Below, in pieces: positions 52,190-62,677 of a stretch of 64,000 nt of DNA. Within the stretch, counting starts at the first letter, position 1, and the number at the start of each line of letters is the position of its first letter. Both the position numbers and the translations under genes were made by a program. The DNA comes from an uncultured Chloroflexia bacterium (lineage in GTDB: Bacteria > Chloroflexota > Limnocylindria > Limnocylindrales > CSP1-4): positions 211,911 to 275,910 of the forward strand of contig CAVTWU010000017.1 in NCBI GenBank assembly GCA_963738475.1. Reading direction: 5' to 3'. Under the pieces are notes generated by a model. That model worked only from the letters and a program-made list of their open reading frames with translations, did not search any database and was not told where the DNA came from.

Positions 52190-55100
52190 ACTGTCCGGGT
52201 TGTGGCGCCTCGAACGAGGCGTCCGCAAGTTCTGCCCCGAGTGCGGCACCAGGCTGGTGACGGCGTGCGCCTCGTGCGGAGCCCAGAACCCGCCGACGGC
52301 CCGGTTCTGCGGCGACTGTGGGGCCCGTCTCGAGGGCGCCCCGGCGGCCCAGGTCGGTGCGCCCAGCGCGACCGCCCCGACAGCCTCACTCGGCGAGCGC
52401 CAGACCGCTCCCGTCGCCGAGCGGCGGCTCGTCACGGTCCTGTTCGCCGACCTGGTCGGGTTCACGGCCCTGTCCGAGGGCCGCGACTCCGAGGCCGTCC
52501 GCGAGCTGCTGACGCGCTACTTCGAGGTGGCCCGGGACGTCATCGAGCGCTACGGCGGGACCGTCGAGAAGTTCATCGGCGACGCGGTGATGGCCGTCTG
52601 GGGCGCGCCGGTCGCCCACGAGGACGACGCGGAGCGCGGCGTCCGGGCCGGGCTCGAGCTGGTCGATGCCGTCCGCGCCATCGATGCGGGGCTCCAGGCC
52701 CGCGCCGGGGTCCTGACCGGCGAGGCCGCGGTCACCCTCGGCGCGAAGGACCAGGGCATGGTCGCGGGCGATCTCGTCAACACCGCCTCGCGCCTGCAGT
52801 CCGCGGCCCAGCCGGGGACCGTGCTGGTCGGCGAGGCCACGCAACGAGCCGCCTCCGGCGCCATCACCTTCGAGCCGGCCGGGGAGCAGCACCTCAAGGG
52901 CAAGGAGACGCCCGTCGCGGCCTGGGTCGCCCTGCGCGTCGTCGCCCAGCGGCGCGGCCTCGGACGGGGCGACCGGCTGGAGGCCCCGTTCGTCGGCCGC
53001 GACGCCGAGCTGCGCCTGCTCAAGGACCTGTTCCACGCGACATCGCGCGAAGGCCGGGTGCGGCTCGTCTCGATCACCGGCGAGGCCGGCATCGGCAAGA
53101 GCCGGCTCGCCTGGGAGTTCCTCAAGTACGTCGACGGCGTGGTCGAGCCGGTCCTGTGGCACGAGGGCCGCTCGCCGTCGTACGGCGAGGGCGTCACGTT
53201 CTGGGCGCTCGGCGAGATGGTCCGCAGCCGCGCCCGGCTCGTCGAGACCGACGACGACGAGACGACCCGCCTGCGCGTCGGGGAGATGCTCGACACGTAC
53301 GTGCCCGATGGGGAGGAGCGTCGGCGGATCGAACCGGCCCTGCTCGCCCTGCTCGGCGTGGGCAGTGCGCCGGCCGGCGGCGCGGAAGGACTGTTCAGCG
53401 CGTGGCGGACGTTCTTCGAGCGGCTCGCCGCGAACAGGTCGTCGCGCTCGTCTTCGAGGACCTCCACTGGGCCGACTCGGGGACCCTGGACTTCATCGAC
53501 CACGTGCTCGAGTGGAGCCGGAACGTCCCGATCCTGATCATCACGCTGGCTCGCCCGGAGCTGCTCGAGGGCCGCCCGGACTGGGGCGCCGGCCGGCGCA
53601 ACTTCCTGGCCCTCGACCTCGAACCGCTCCAGGAAGCCGCGATGCGCGAGCTGCTGGCCGGCCTGGTCCCCGGACTGCCCGAGGCCGCCGTGCGATCCAT
53701 CATCGCGCGGGCGGACGGCATCCCGCTGTACGCCGTCGAGACGGTCCGGATGCTCGCCGCGGACGGACGCCTGCAGGAGGTGGGCGACGGGACGTTCCAG
53801 CCGGTCGGCGACCTGGGCGAACTGGCCGTGCCCGATACGCTGCATGCGCTCATCGCCGCGCGGCTGGACAGCCTGGACGCCGCGGATCGGACGCTCATCG
53901 GCGATGCCGCCGTCCTGGGCCAGAGCTTCACCGTGGACGGTCTGGCGGCGATCAGCGGCCTGGACCGGGCCGCCGTGGAGGCCCAGCTGCGACCGCTCGT
54001 CCGACGCGAGATCGTGCAGCTCGAGGTGGACCCGCGCTCCCCCGAGCGCGGGATGTACTCGTTCGTCCAGGCGCTCATCCGCGAGGTCGCCTACTCGACG
54101 CTGGCCATGCGCGACCGACGGACCAAGCATCTCGCCGCGGCTCGCTACTTCGAGAGCCTCGGCGATGAGGAGCTGGCGGGTGCCCTGGCCGCGCACTACA
54201 TCGCCGCCTACCGGGTCGCCCCGACCGGACCCGAGGGCGAGGCGCTCGCCGCCCAGGCCCGGGTGTCGCTGCGGGCCGCCGCGGATCGAGCCGAGGCGCT
54301 CGGTTCGCCGCGCCAGGCCGTCGTCTTCCTGGAGCAGGCGCTCGAAGTCGCCGCGGACGACGCCGAGCGGGCGGACCTGCTCGACCAGGCCGGTCGGGCG
54401 GCCATGAATGCCGCCCGGACCGACCTCGCCGACGACCTGCTGCTCAAGTCGACGGCGATCCGCGAACGGCTCGGCGATCCGGCGGCCCTGGCCCGCACCA
54501 TCGGCCTGCGAGCTGCCTGCCTCACGGCGGCGCGACGACGCGAACAGGCGGTCGCGTTGCTGGCCCCGGTCGTCGCGGACCTGGGCGACCTGGCGGAGGA
54601 CCCGATCGGCGTCCAGTTGATCGCGGATCTCGGCCGCTACCAGTTCCTGGGCAACGTCGACGACCGCGGCCTCGCGGCCACGGATCGGGCACTGGCGGCC
54701 GCCGAACGACTGGGGTTGGTGGACATCGCCGCCCAGACCCTCGCGACGAAGGGCGGGATCGCCGTCTTCGCCGGTCGCCATTGGGAGGCGCGCGCGATCC
54801 TCGAGGGCGCACGCGTCCTGGCCGATGAGAACGACCTGCCGGACGCCGCCCTGCGCGCGAACGGCATGCTGGCCAGCACGATCGCCCTCGACGACCCGGC
54901 CGCGTCCGTCGCCGTGGAGCGCGAGAGCATCGCCATCGCCCGTCGGCTGGGTCGGCGCGACTCGGAGATGACGTCGCTCGGCAATGCCGCCGAGGACGCG
55001 CGCCGGACCGGTGAGTGGGCCTGGGCGATCTCGGAGGTCGACGCGGCCCTCCAGCTGGACATCGATGACGGCACTCGCCTGACGCTCACTGGGGTGGCGG

Positions 55101-55762
55101 CGTTCTTCAGGATCCTCAAGGGCCAGATGGCGGACGACGAGCTGGCGTCCCTCGTCGCGGCGCTCGGCGGGCTGGACGACGTCGACGTCGCGGCGGGCAG
55201 CCACGATCTCGAGGCCTTCGCCGACCTGACCGTCGGCGACCATCGGTCGGCCTACGACCACTGGATGCAGATCGCCAGCCTGAGCGATCTCAACCGACCC
55301 TACTGCCTGCCGCGCGCCGGGAATGCGGCCGTCCTGGCCGGGGATGTCGACGCCGTCCTGACGGCCCTCACGCAGCTCGACGCCCTCGGCACGCGTGGCC
55401 GTGCCATCGACGCCGATCGCCACGCCATGCGAGCCGGGATCGCCGCGCTCGAGGGCGATACGGGTACGGCGATCGCCGAGTATCGGACGGCGATGACCGC
55501 GTGGCGCGACCTCGGACTGCCGTGGGACGAGGCGTTGACCACGCTCAGTGCCGTGACCCGGCTCGGTCGGTCGGCGCCCGGGGTCGACGAGTGGATCGAG
55601 TCCGCCCGGGCCATCTACCGCCGGTTCGGTGCCACGCCGATGCTCGACCTGCTCGAAGCGGCGGTGGCCGCCGCCGGCCCGGCGACGGCCGCGGGGCCGT
55701 GGGTGGACCCCGTGCCGGACGCGGTGGCCGATCCCCTCTCGGACGCGACCGCCACCTCCTGA
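52186..55762 (+). CDS. Double zinc-ribbon / class III adenylate-guanylate cyclase / AAA ATPase / TPR-like multidomain protein (about 1190 aa). Frame changes near 52225 and 53440.
   Basis: Pieces:
- NCPGCGASNEA..RKFCPECGTRLVTACASCGAQNPPTARFCGDCGARL
- RRLVTVLFADLVGFTALSE...KFIGDAVMAVWGAP...VAGDLVNTASRLQS (cyclase homology domain)
- VSITGEAGIGKSRLAWEF (P-loop)
- LVFEDLHWADSGTLDFI
- a long helical repeat region to 55762

I see no HTH domain. Confidence 0.85.
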
Positions 55763-55921
55763 CACCGGACGGTCAGCCTGCCGCGAGTCGCTCCAGGGCG
55801 GCAAGGGCGGTCTCGAGCTCGGCGCGATCCTGGATCGGTCACGTCAAGACGGTCGGGGCGCATAGTGGTGTCGACCGATGGACATCACGGACCGTCGGCT
55901 GCGCTACCGGAGCGACGTGCG

Positions 55922-56428
55922 ATGACCAAGCTGGGGCGACTTGATCGATGGGCCCTCGTGTCGCTGGGGCTCCTCGCCTGTGCGGGGCTCCTGCTGAGCC
56001 TCGTCGCGACCTCGGTGCGGGCTGGGACCACGACGGTCGCGATCCGGAACAACGACTTCGTCCCACCGCGCATCACGATCCGGGTCGGTGACACCGTCAC
56101 GTGGACGAACGAGGACCTTGTCCCACACGATGCGTTCGCCACCGACGAGAGCTGGCAGACGAGCATGCTCACCACCGGGCAGAGCGGATCGATCACGTTC
56201 ACGACCGTGGGGACGGTCCCGTACGTCTGCTCCCTCCACTTGTTCATGCGCGGCGAGGTCGTGGTCGAGGCCGCGTCGGGAGGCATGCCTGCCACCGACA
56301 CGATCGTCGGCGACGCTTCAGCGTCGGATCCAGCCGCTGACGGCCACCTCGTGGCGCTCCTGGCCGGCCTCGTCGGGCTGGCCGCGGGCATCCGACTCCT
56401 CCGCCGGAGGGATCGTCCATCGCGCTGA
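55922..56428 (+). CDS. Cupredoxin (plastocyanin/pseudoazurin-like type 1 copper protein) with an N-terminal signal anchor and a C-terminal TM plus Arg tail. Intact.
   Basis: Pieces:
- MTKLGRLDRWALVSLGLLACAGLLLSLVA
- TVAIRNNDFVPPRITIRVGDTVTWTNEDLVPHD
- copper ligands in VPYVCSLHLFMRGEV (C-x2-H-x2-M)
- tail HLVALLAGLVGLAAGIRLLRRRDRPSR. Confidence 0.8.
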   Translation: MTKLGRLDRWALVSLGLLACAGLLLSLVATSVRAGTTTVAIRNNDFVPPRITIRVGDTVTWTNEDLVPHDAFATDESWQTSMLTTGQSGSITFTTVGTVPYVCSLHLFMRGEVVVEAASGGMPATDTIVGDASASDPAADGHLVALLAGLVGLAAGIRLLRRRDRPSR

Positions 56429-56443
56429 CGCCGTGCGCAGGCC

Positions 56444-57294
56444 TCAGCCGCGGGCCAGTCGCTCCAGCGCGGCTTCCAGTTCGGCGGCATCCGCCGCGAC
56501 CGCGGTCGGCCGACCATCGGATGGCAACGCGTCCAGCTGGTCGCGGGTCGTGACGCCGGTCAGCATCAGGACGCTGCGAGCCCCGAACGCGAGGGCCGCC
56601 GCGAGGTCCGTGCCGATCCCGTCGCCGATCATCACGGCGTCGCGTCGCATCGCGGCCGACGGCCTCCGCGGCGATCTCGAGCAGCAGCGGGGCCGGCTTG
56701 CCGATCGACAGCGGCGTGACCCCGGTCGTCGCCTCCAGGGCGGCCACGATGGAGCCGGCCCCAGGCCGAAGGCCGCGCTCCGTCGGGTAGATCGGGTCGC
56801 GGTTCGTGGCGATGAACCGGGCGCCGGCCCGGATGCAGTCGGCGGCGGCGGTCAGGCGCAGGTAGGTCAGGTTCGGGTCGAGGCCGACGACGACCGCATC
56901 CGGCTCGCCGGCCGCCGCGAAGCCGTCGATCGGCTCCTGGGTCATCCGGGTCGCCGCGGCGGCGGTCGTCACGACGTCGAGACCGACATCGCGCAGTTCG
57001 CGCTCGAGGCCGCCGGCGCCCAGCGCCAGCACGCGTCGGATGGCCGGTTCGTGGTCGCGGAGGTGGAGCGCGGTCGCCCGCGACGACGAGACGACCCGGT
57101 CCGGCGCTGACCGGCGCGCCCATGGCCGCCAGGCGGGTCACGTAGTCGGCGCGGTAGTGCATCGAGTTGTTCGTGACATACACGACGTCGTCGCCGGCGG
57201 CGGCCCGGGCGGCCAGCACGGCGGCGACGCCCGGGACCGGGTCCGCGCCGCGATAGACGACGCCGTCGAGGTCGACCAGCAGGAGGAGGGACAT
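56444..57294 (-). CDS. HAD-IIA family hydrolase (NagD-like). At least 3 frame changes.
   Basis: Pieces:
- MSLLLLVDLDGVVYRGADPVPGVAAVLAARAAAGDDVVYVTNNSMHYRADYVTRLAAMG
- RMLALGAGGLERELRDVG
- AVVVGLDPNLTYLRL
- RFIATNRDPIYPTERGLRPGAGSIVAALE
- GKPAPLLLE
- VMIGDGIGTDLAAALAFGARSVLMLTGVT. Confidence 0.8.
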
Positions 57295-57338
57295 GCCCCG
57301 ATCGTAGCGGCGGGTCGCCCGGCGCGTACGATGGCCCC

Positions 57339-57964
57339 ATGTCGCGACAAGCCGAAGGACCCGCTCTTCGCCACGGATCGACTCATCGTGGACGGGTCCA
57401 ACCTGCTCCATGCGCTGACCCGTGGCAGTGGCGCGCGGCGCCGCGCCGCCGGCGTCGGTCATCGGGCGGTTGCGCGGCGTCGCTCCGGCCGTCGGTCGCC
57501 ATCGACCTCGTCTTCGACGGTCCGGTGGAGCGCGGCCTGCGCGGCGAGCGCATCGCGTCCGGGCTGATCGTCCGCTACAGCGGCGCGCGGACCGGCGACG
57601 ACGTCATCCTCTCGCTCGTGGACGAGATCGGGCGGCTCGGTGGCGCGGAGGCGATCGGCGGCCGTGCTGGTCGTCACCGACGACCGCGACCTGCGCCACG
57701 GCCTGAAGATCCGCGGAGCGCGGACGGCCGGGCTGCGCGTGGCTCCTCGGGCGCCTCGACCGACCGTCCCGCAAGGCGGCGACGTCGGTCGGCAACGCCC
57801 GCCCGCCGCACCAGGGCCTGGCCGCCGGGAACGCGCGCCAAGGACGGCGAGGACGAGCGACGGAGCTCGGCTGGAAGACGGGTCGCGGCGCGACCACCAA
57901 GCGCGGCAATCCGCGCAAGGCGCCGAAGGGCTCCGGAGGGCCGGCCGACCGACCCACGGGCTGA
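57339..57964 (+). CDS. YacP-like NYN/PIN-type RNA-binding or nuclease domain protein. At least 3 frame changes.
   Basis: Pieces:
- LIVDGSNLLHAL
- IDLVFDGPVERGLRGERIASGLIVRYSGARTGDDVILSLV
- VLVVTDDRDLRHGLKIRGARTAG
- basic tail KRGNPRKAPKGSGG

TACGAT lies 6 nt upstream of the ATG. Confidence 0.7.
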
Positions 57965-58010
57965 TCGTCGACGAGCGCCGGACGGCCGACAGCCTGCTAG
58001 GATTTCGCCC

Positions 58011-58493
58011 GTGACCATCGTCGACCAGCTCAACGAGTTCTGGAGCTCGGCCCTCGAGACGCTGACCATGTTCGTCATCCCGGACTGGGGCGCGCTGATC
58101 GGGCTGCTGCCGATCTTCATCTTCGTCGGCGTGGTCGGTCCGTTCCTGACGTTCACCGTCCTGGGCTCGCTCTACTACCAGGTCCGCAAGCCACGCGTGA
58201 AGCTGGCCTTCGAGGAAGGTCCGCGCACGGCCGAGCTGGACGCCGAAGGGGCCCCGATCTTCCCGCCCGGCCTGCCGTTCTGCCGACGCGACGCGACCGT
58301 CTACCCGTCCGGGACCATCCGCTGCGAGACCTGCCACGACGCGCTCGCCGTGGTCTGCCCGATGTGCAGCGTCGGCCGGGCCGCCGCGGTGGACACCTGC
58401 GGCAACTGCGGCCTGGTCCTCAAGGTCAAGACCCGGGCCGTCGCCGTCCGCGCGACGCCCGGGCCCAAGGCCGGGGGCGCCGCAGCGGCCTGA
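58011..58493 (+). CDS. Hypothetical membrane protein with a C-terminal Cys-rich zinc-ribbon-like domain (160 aa). Intact.
   Basis: GTG lies 7 nt after TAGGAT. Two TM segments (MFVIPDWGALIGLLPIFIFVGVVGPFLTFTVLGSLYY), then PFCRRDATVYPSGTIRCETCHDALAVVCPMCSVGRAAAVDTCGNCG. Confidence 0.6.
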   Translation: MTIVDQLNEFWSSALETLTMFVIPDWGALIGLLPIFIFVGVVGPFLTFTVLGSLYYQVRKPRVKLAFEEGPRTAELDAEGAPIFPPGLPFCRRDATVYPSGTIRCETCHDALAVVCPMCSVGRAAAVDTCGNCGLVLKVKTRAVAVRATPGPKAGGAAAA

Positions 58494-58541
58494 CCGCTCG
58501 GTGAAACCGATGATCCGTCCCACGCGTCTCCGAGGACCACG

Positions 58542-59480
58542 ATGGCTGAACTCTCGTCGAACCTGTTCTCCCTGGGCGTGTTGCTGGTGGCCTTCGGGTT
58601 CGCGGCACACGTCGGGCATGCCGTGATGCTCGCCAACGGCCGACGCTCCCTGTCGTTCGCGCCCGGCCCAGCGGCCGGCCTACGCCGGGCGCCGTGAGCG
58701 GGTCGTTCGTGACGAGCCAGACCACCGCCGCGCAGTCCGGTCCGCGGCCTGGCCGCCTCGCCCAGCCCGCTGTCGCGTGCCGCGATCGGGCTGTCGCTCG
58801 CGCCGTTCATCGCGCTCGGTGGCTCGCTCCTGGCCCGGGCGATCGTCGTCGAGCGCGGGCCGTGGGGCAACATGTTCGAGTTCACGGTGGCGTTCGCGTT
58901 CAGCATCATCGGCGGCTACCTGTACCTCCAGCGCCGCTACCCGATCCGGTCCATCGGCTTCATCCCGATGGGCGTGGCGCTGGCGATGCTGCTGTACGCC
59001 TCGAGCCTCCCGTCGGACATCAAGCCGCTCGTGCCGGCGCTCCAGAACGCGCCGCTGCTGACCATCCACGTCGGGATGGCGGTCACGGCGTACGGCATCT
59101 TCGCGACGAGCTTCGCGGCCGGCGTGGCCTACCTCGTCCAGGGCCCGAACGACCGCTTCGGCTGGCTGCCGTCGCATCGGACGCTCGATGAGGTCGCCTA
59201 TCGCGCGGTCATCATCGGCTTCCCGATCTTCGCGACGATGATCATCCTGGGCTCCTGGTGGGCGTCGATCGCCTGGTCGCGCTACTGGGGCTGGGATCCC
59301 AAGGAGACCGCGGCCCTGGTCACGTGGCTCATCTACGCGGTCTACCTGCACGCTCGCAACCAGCGCTCCTGGGCGGGTCGGCCGGCGGCCCTGCTGCTGG
59401 TGGTCGGGTTCGGGATGGTCCTGGTGACGTACTCCGGCTCGCTCTGGTTCAGCGGCCTGCACGCGTACAGCGGCCTGTAG
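58542..59480 (+). CDS. ccsA: Cytochrome c biogenesis protein CcsA/ResC (system II heme handling). Frame changes near 58690-58790.
   Basis: GAGGA RBS. N-terminal piece MAELSSNLFSLGVLLVAFGFAAHVGHAVML. ORF 58872..59480 carries the WWD motif region SWWASIAWSRYWGWDPKETAALVTWLIYAVYLH. Confidence 0.85.
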
Positions 59481-59504
59481 ATCCGGGGCGTCGCGTCGAC
59501 GCGC

Positions 59505-60388
59505 TCAGCGGCTCCGCTTCGGCTTCGGGCGGGCCAGCAGGAGCCAGGTCAACCCCTTGAACCGGCGCGGACGGTCGGGCGGATCGACCGTCCCGGCGTA
59601 CAGCTCCGGGATGATCGGGGCGAACAGGGTCGTCAGGCGATCCGTGAGGGCGTGGGCCAGCGCGAGTTCCTCTCGACTCCCCTCCTCCGGCAGCGTGTCC
59701 GGCCACGCGTCGCCCAGGAGGTCGCGAGCGCTCGTCGGGGGCGAGCACGCGGGTCGCCATCCGCTTCCCGAGGTAGAGCTCGCCGGATCCGGCGATGGCC
59801 AGCGGCACGATCGGGGCCGCCGTGCGCAGCGCGATGAGCGCGGCCCCGACGCGGAACGTGGCCGGCGCATCGGGCGGACCGGACACGCCGCCCTCCGGCA
59901 CGAGCACGAACACGCCGCCGTTGCGCAGCACGGCCCGGGCCGACTCGACGTGCTGCTCGACGCCGACACCGCCGCGCCATACCGGCAGCATCCCGCCGAT
60001 CCGATGGAGCAGCCACTCGCGCCAGCGCGCGCTGAACGCGGACGGGCCACTCCCCAGGAACCAGACGCGGGGCTGGAGCGGCAGGGCATGCATGATCAGG
60101 AACGGGTCCATCCAGCCACGGTGGATGGCCGCCACGAGGAGATAGCCACCGCCTGACGGAAGCCGCTCCTGTCCGCTCGTCGCGACCTTGAACCGGAACG
60201 CCCCGAACAGGACGAGCCGCGCCAGGATCGCGAGCGCCTTGACCGGCAGGCTGGCCTTCGACTCGGGCTCACGACCCAGCCAGGCGAGTCCTTCCTGGAC
60301 GCCACCGCGGGCGGCCGCCAGTGCCTCGGGGGAGGTGCGGGCTTCGGCGACGCGTCGGGCTCGGGTCGGGTCCGGCAGGATCCGCCAC
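59505..60388 (-). CDS. 1-acyl-sn-glycerol-3-phosphate acyltransferase (PlsC family). Frame change near 59760. No in-frame start codon.
   Basis: Pieces:
- LARLVLFGAFRFKVATSGQERLPSGGGYLLVAAIHRGWMDPFLIMHALP (HX4D variant region)
- VFVLVPEGGVSG
- APIVPLAIAGSGELY
- tail LTDRLTTLFAPIIPELYAG

The only nearby GTG (60388) is in a shifted frame. Confidence 0.75.
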
Positions 60389-60390
60389 GG

Positions 60391-61448
60391 TCAGTCGGCG
60401 ACGCGCGGCGTCTCAGGGTCGTCGGGCTCGTCGAGGCCGTCATCCGGTTCGGCGTCGTCCGACTCGGCGTCAGCGTCGGCGTCGGGCTCGGCGGCGGCGG
60501 CCGTTCGGCGCTCGGCGTCGGCGTCGATCGGCGTCGGTCTCGGCGGCGGCTTCGAGCGTCGCGCCATCCGCGGCGACCACGGCCTCGACCGGTCGGCCGA
60601 GCGCACCCCACGTCGCGACCTCGGGGAACGTCGGTGGGTCGTCATCCGGGTGACCGGGCCGGTGCCGCCAGGCCAGGATCAGCAGCGACGGGATGATGAA
60701 CGCGAGCGACACGAGCTGGGCGACGGCGAAGCCCTCGAACGTCCAGTTGGCGTGGCGCAGCGACTCCAGGCTGAACCGGACGATGCCGTACCAGATGAAG
60801 AAGACGAGCAGCAGGTCGCCCGGCCGCAACCGCTTGCGCAGGTGGTAGCCGATCCAGATGAGCGTCAGGGCGCCGAGCACGCCCGAGATCGACTCGTACA
60901 GGAAGAGCGGGTGGAAGCGCGTCGTGTCGAAGGGATAGGCCGCGCACGACAGGTCCTGCACGCGGTACTGGCACTCGATCGGGATGCCCCACGGCAGGGT
61001 CGTCGGCGAGCCGTACAGCTCCTGGTTGAAGAAGTTGCCCCAGCGCGCGATGGCCTGCATCACGAACAGCCCGGGCGCGATGCAGTCCGCCCAGCGCAGG
61101 AACGGGACGCCCTTGTAGCGGGCATAGAGGAACGCGGCGATCGTCCCGGTGATGATCCCGCCGTACACGCCCAGCCCCGAATACGGCGGCAGGAAGATCT
61201 TGGACAGGTCGTCCTTGTAGAGCGCCCACTGGTCGATGACGTGGTAGGCCCGCCCGCCGATGAGCGCCGCGATGGCGACGATGATCATCCCGTTGGCGAG
61301 GATCTCGGCCCGTTCGCCCGCCCGCTTCGCCAGTCGGACGATGACCATGTAGGTGGCGGCGAGGCCGATCGCGTAGCCGAGGCCGTACCAGCCGATCGGT
61401 GATCGGCCCGAGCTGGATCAGCACGGGGTTCGGGATGAAGTCGAGCAT
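60391..61448 (-). CDS. lgt: Prolipoprotein diacylglyceryl transferase with an acidic C-terminal extension. Frame changes near 61395 and 60520.
   Basis: Pieces:
- MLDFIPNPVLIQLGPIT
- IGWYGLGYAIG
- GGRAYHVIDQW
- GLGVYGGIITG
- APGLFVMQAIARWGNFFNQELYG
- HPLFLYESI
- FFIWYGIVRFSLESLR
- tail DADAESDDAEPDD

TACACT lies 7 nt upstream of the ATG. Confidence 0.9.
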
Positions 61449-61513
61449 CCGCCGAAGTGTAGCGGGGCGGCGCGTTCGGCTCGTTCGGGCCGCGCTCCCT
61501 ATACTTCGCGGCG

Positions 61514-61940
61514 GTGAATGCCGAGTTCAACTGGTGGCTGCTCATCGTCGGGCTCGTCGTGGGAGCCGGGCTGGTCTGGCTCGTGGTCCTCGACTCGCGC
61601 CGCCGCGAATCCGACATCGATGAGGCCGAGATGACGCGCGAGGCGCGTCTGGCTGTCGGCGGTGCTCGGCGACGACGGCATCGATGTCAGCCCCGCGACC
61701 GCGGGCCGCATGCTGGAGCTCCACCGGGCCTATCTCTCCAGCCCCCCACCGGACGATCCCGACGCGGTCGTCGCCGATGCGGATCGCGCCGTCGAGCCCT
61801 TCGACTGGCCGGACGAGCCTCAGGACCGCCCGACGAGCACCGGATCGGCCTCGGGCGACGATCCGACCGGGACCAGCGACACCCCGAACGTCGCCGGGAC
61901 GTCCAGTCCGGCGATCGCGTCCGACTCGCCCACCCAGTAG
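61514..61940 (+). CDS. Small hypothetical membrane protein. One frameshift near 61655. The 3' end is uncertain and overlaps the convergent gene.
   Basis: GTG lies 8 nt after TATACT. Pieces: MNAEFNWWLLIVGLVVGAGLVWLVVLDSRRRESDIDEAEMTREA, then LSAVLGDDGIDVSPATAGRMLELHRAYLSSPPPDDPD. Confidence 0.45.
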
Positions 61941-62669
61941 GCCAGGCCGCCGCCGAAGTACATCTTCCCGACGCGGACCCGCCCGGCGCCGGCATCCATC
62001 CAGCAGCCGTACTCCAGCCCGGCCGCGGGCTCGGTCAGCCCGGTCGCCACGACGACGAGCTCGGTCGAGGTCGGCGAGAACACCAGCGAGCCCTGGACCG
62101 ACGGGTCCTGCGTCCCGGCCAGCGCCACCCGCGTGGCATCCGCTTCTGCGGAGACGCCCAGCGTGGCGACGGTCACCGTCCGCAGTGCCTCGATCGTCTC
62201 GGCCTGGGCGGTCCGGTCCGCGTCCGCCCGGGCGTCCATGACGAGAGCGGTCGCCCCCGACCGACAGCGCCACGGCCGCGGCGATCGAGGCGACCCAGCC
62301 GAGCCTCGCACGGCGACGAGTCGGAGGCGGGCTGCCGGTGCGTCGCGTCCGCTTCGTCACGGTCGGCGTGTCCGGCGTGGGCTGCGGCTGCGACGCGGAC
62401 CCGGCCGCCGCCACGAGGCACGCCTCGCCGCGCGCACCATGGCGAGCGTCCGATCGCGCAGGTCCGCCGCGGGGGTCGTGGCGACGACGTCGGCGATGAC
62501 CCGGGCATCGCGCTCCGTGGCGGCCAGCGCGTCCGGCGCAGGTCGGACACCCGGCGAGGTGCCCGGCGACGGCCTGCGACGTGGCCGTATCGCCGGCCAT
62601 GAGCCGATCCAGGCCGCCCGGTTCCAGGGCCGCCAGTTCGATCGCCTCGATGACCGCGTCGTGTTCCAT
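61820..62669 (-). CDS. Anti-sigma factor (zf-HC2 type, single TM, extracytoplasmic domain). At least 2 frame changes.
   Basis: Pieces:
- MEHDAVIEAIELAALEPGGLDRLMAGDTATSQAVAGHLAGCPTC
- TM helix LGWVASIAAAVALSVG
- ORF 61820..62311 (SLVFSPTSTELVVVATGLTEPAAGLEYGCWMD...GVSLVPVGSSPEADPVLVG)

It lies immediately downstream of the ECF sigma gene. Confidence 0.7.
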
Positions 62670-62677
62670 GCCCGTCC

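Noticed and set aside
52550-55804. A 1084-aa minus-strand ORF.
   Set aside because: It is antisense to the well-supported cyclase/AAA/TPR gene. Its composition is dominated by Arg, Gly, Pro and Asp, and I recognise no family.
55773-55845. Minus-strand fragment reading IQDRAELETALAALERLAAG-stop. It resembles the C-terminus of the HAD hydrolase (DAAELEAALERLARG-stop, gene 56444-57294).
   Set aside because: Only about 20 codons are open, with an in-frame TGA immediately upstream. It has no start codon or RBS. It is at most a gene-remnant or a chance similarity of Ala/Leu/Glu-rich helices.
61820-61940. A 120-nt overlap between the small membrane protein ORF (plus) and the anti-sigma factor gene (minus).
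   Set aside because: It is most likely ORF overrun in stop-poor GC-rich DNA, or a missed indel. The anti-sigma reading has the better protein-like composition in the overlap.
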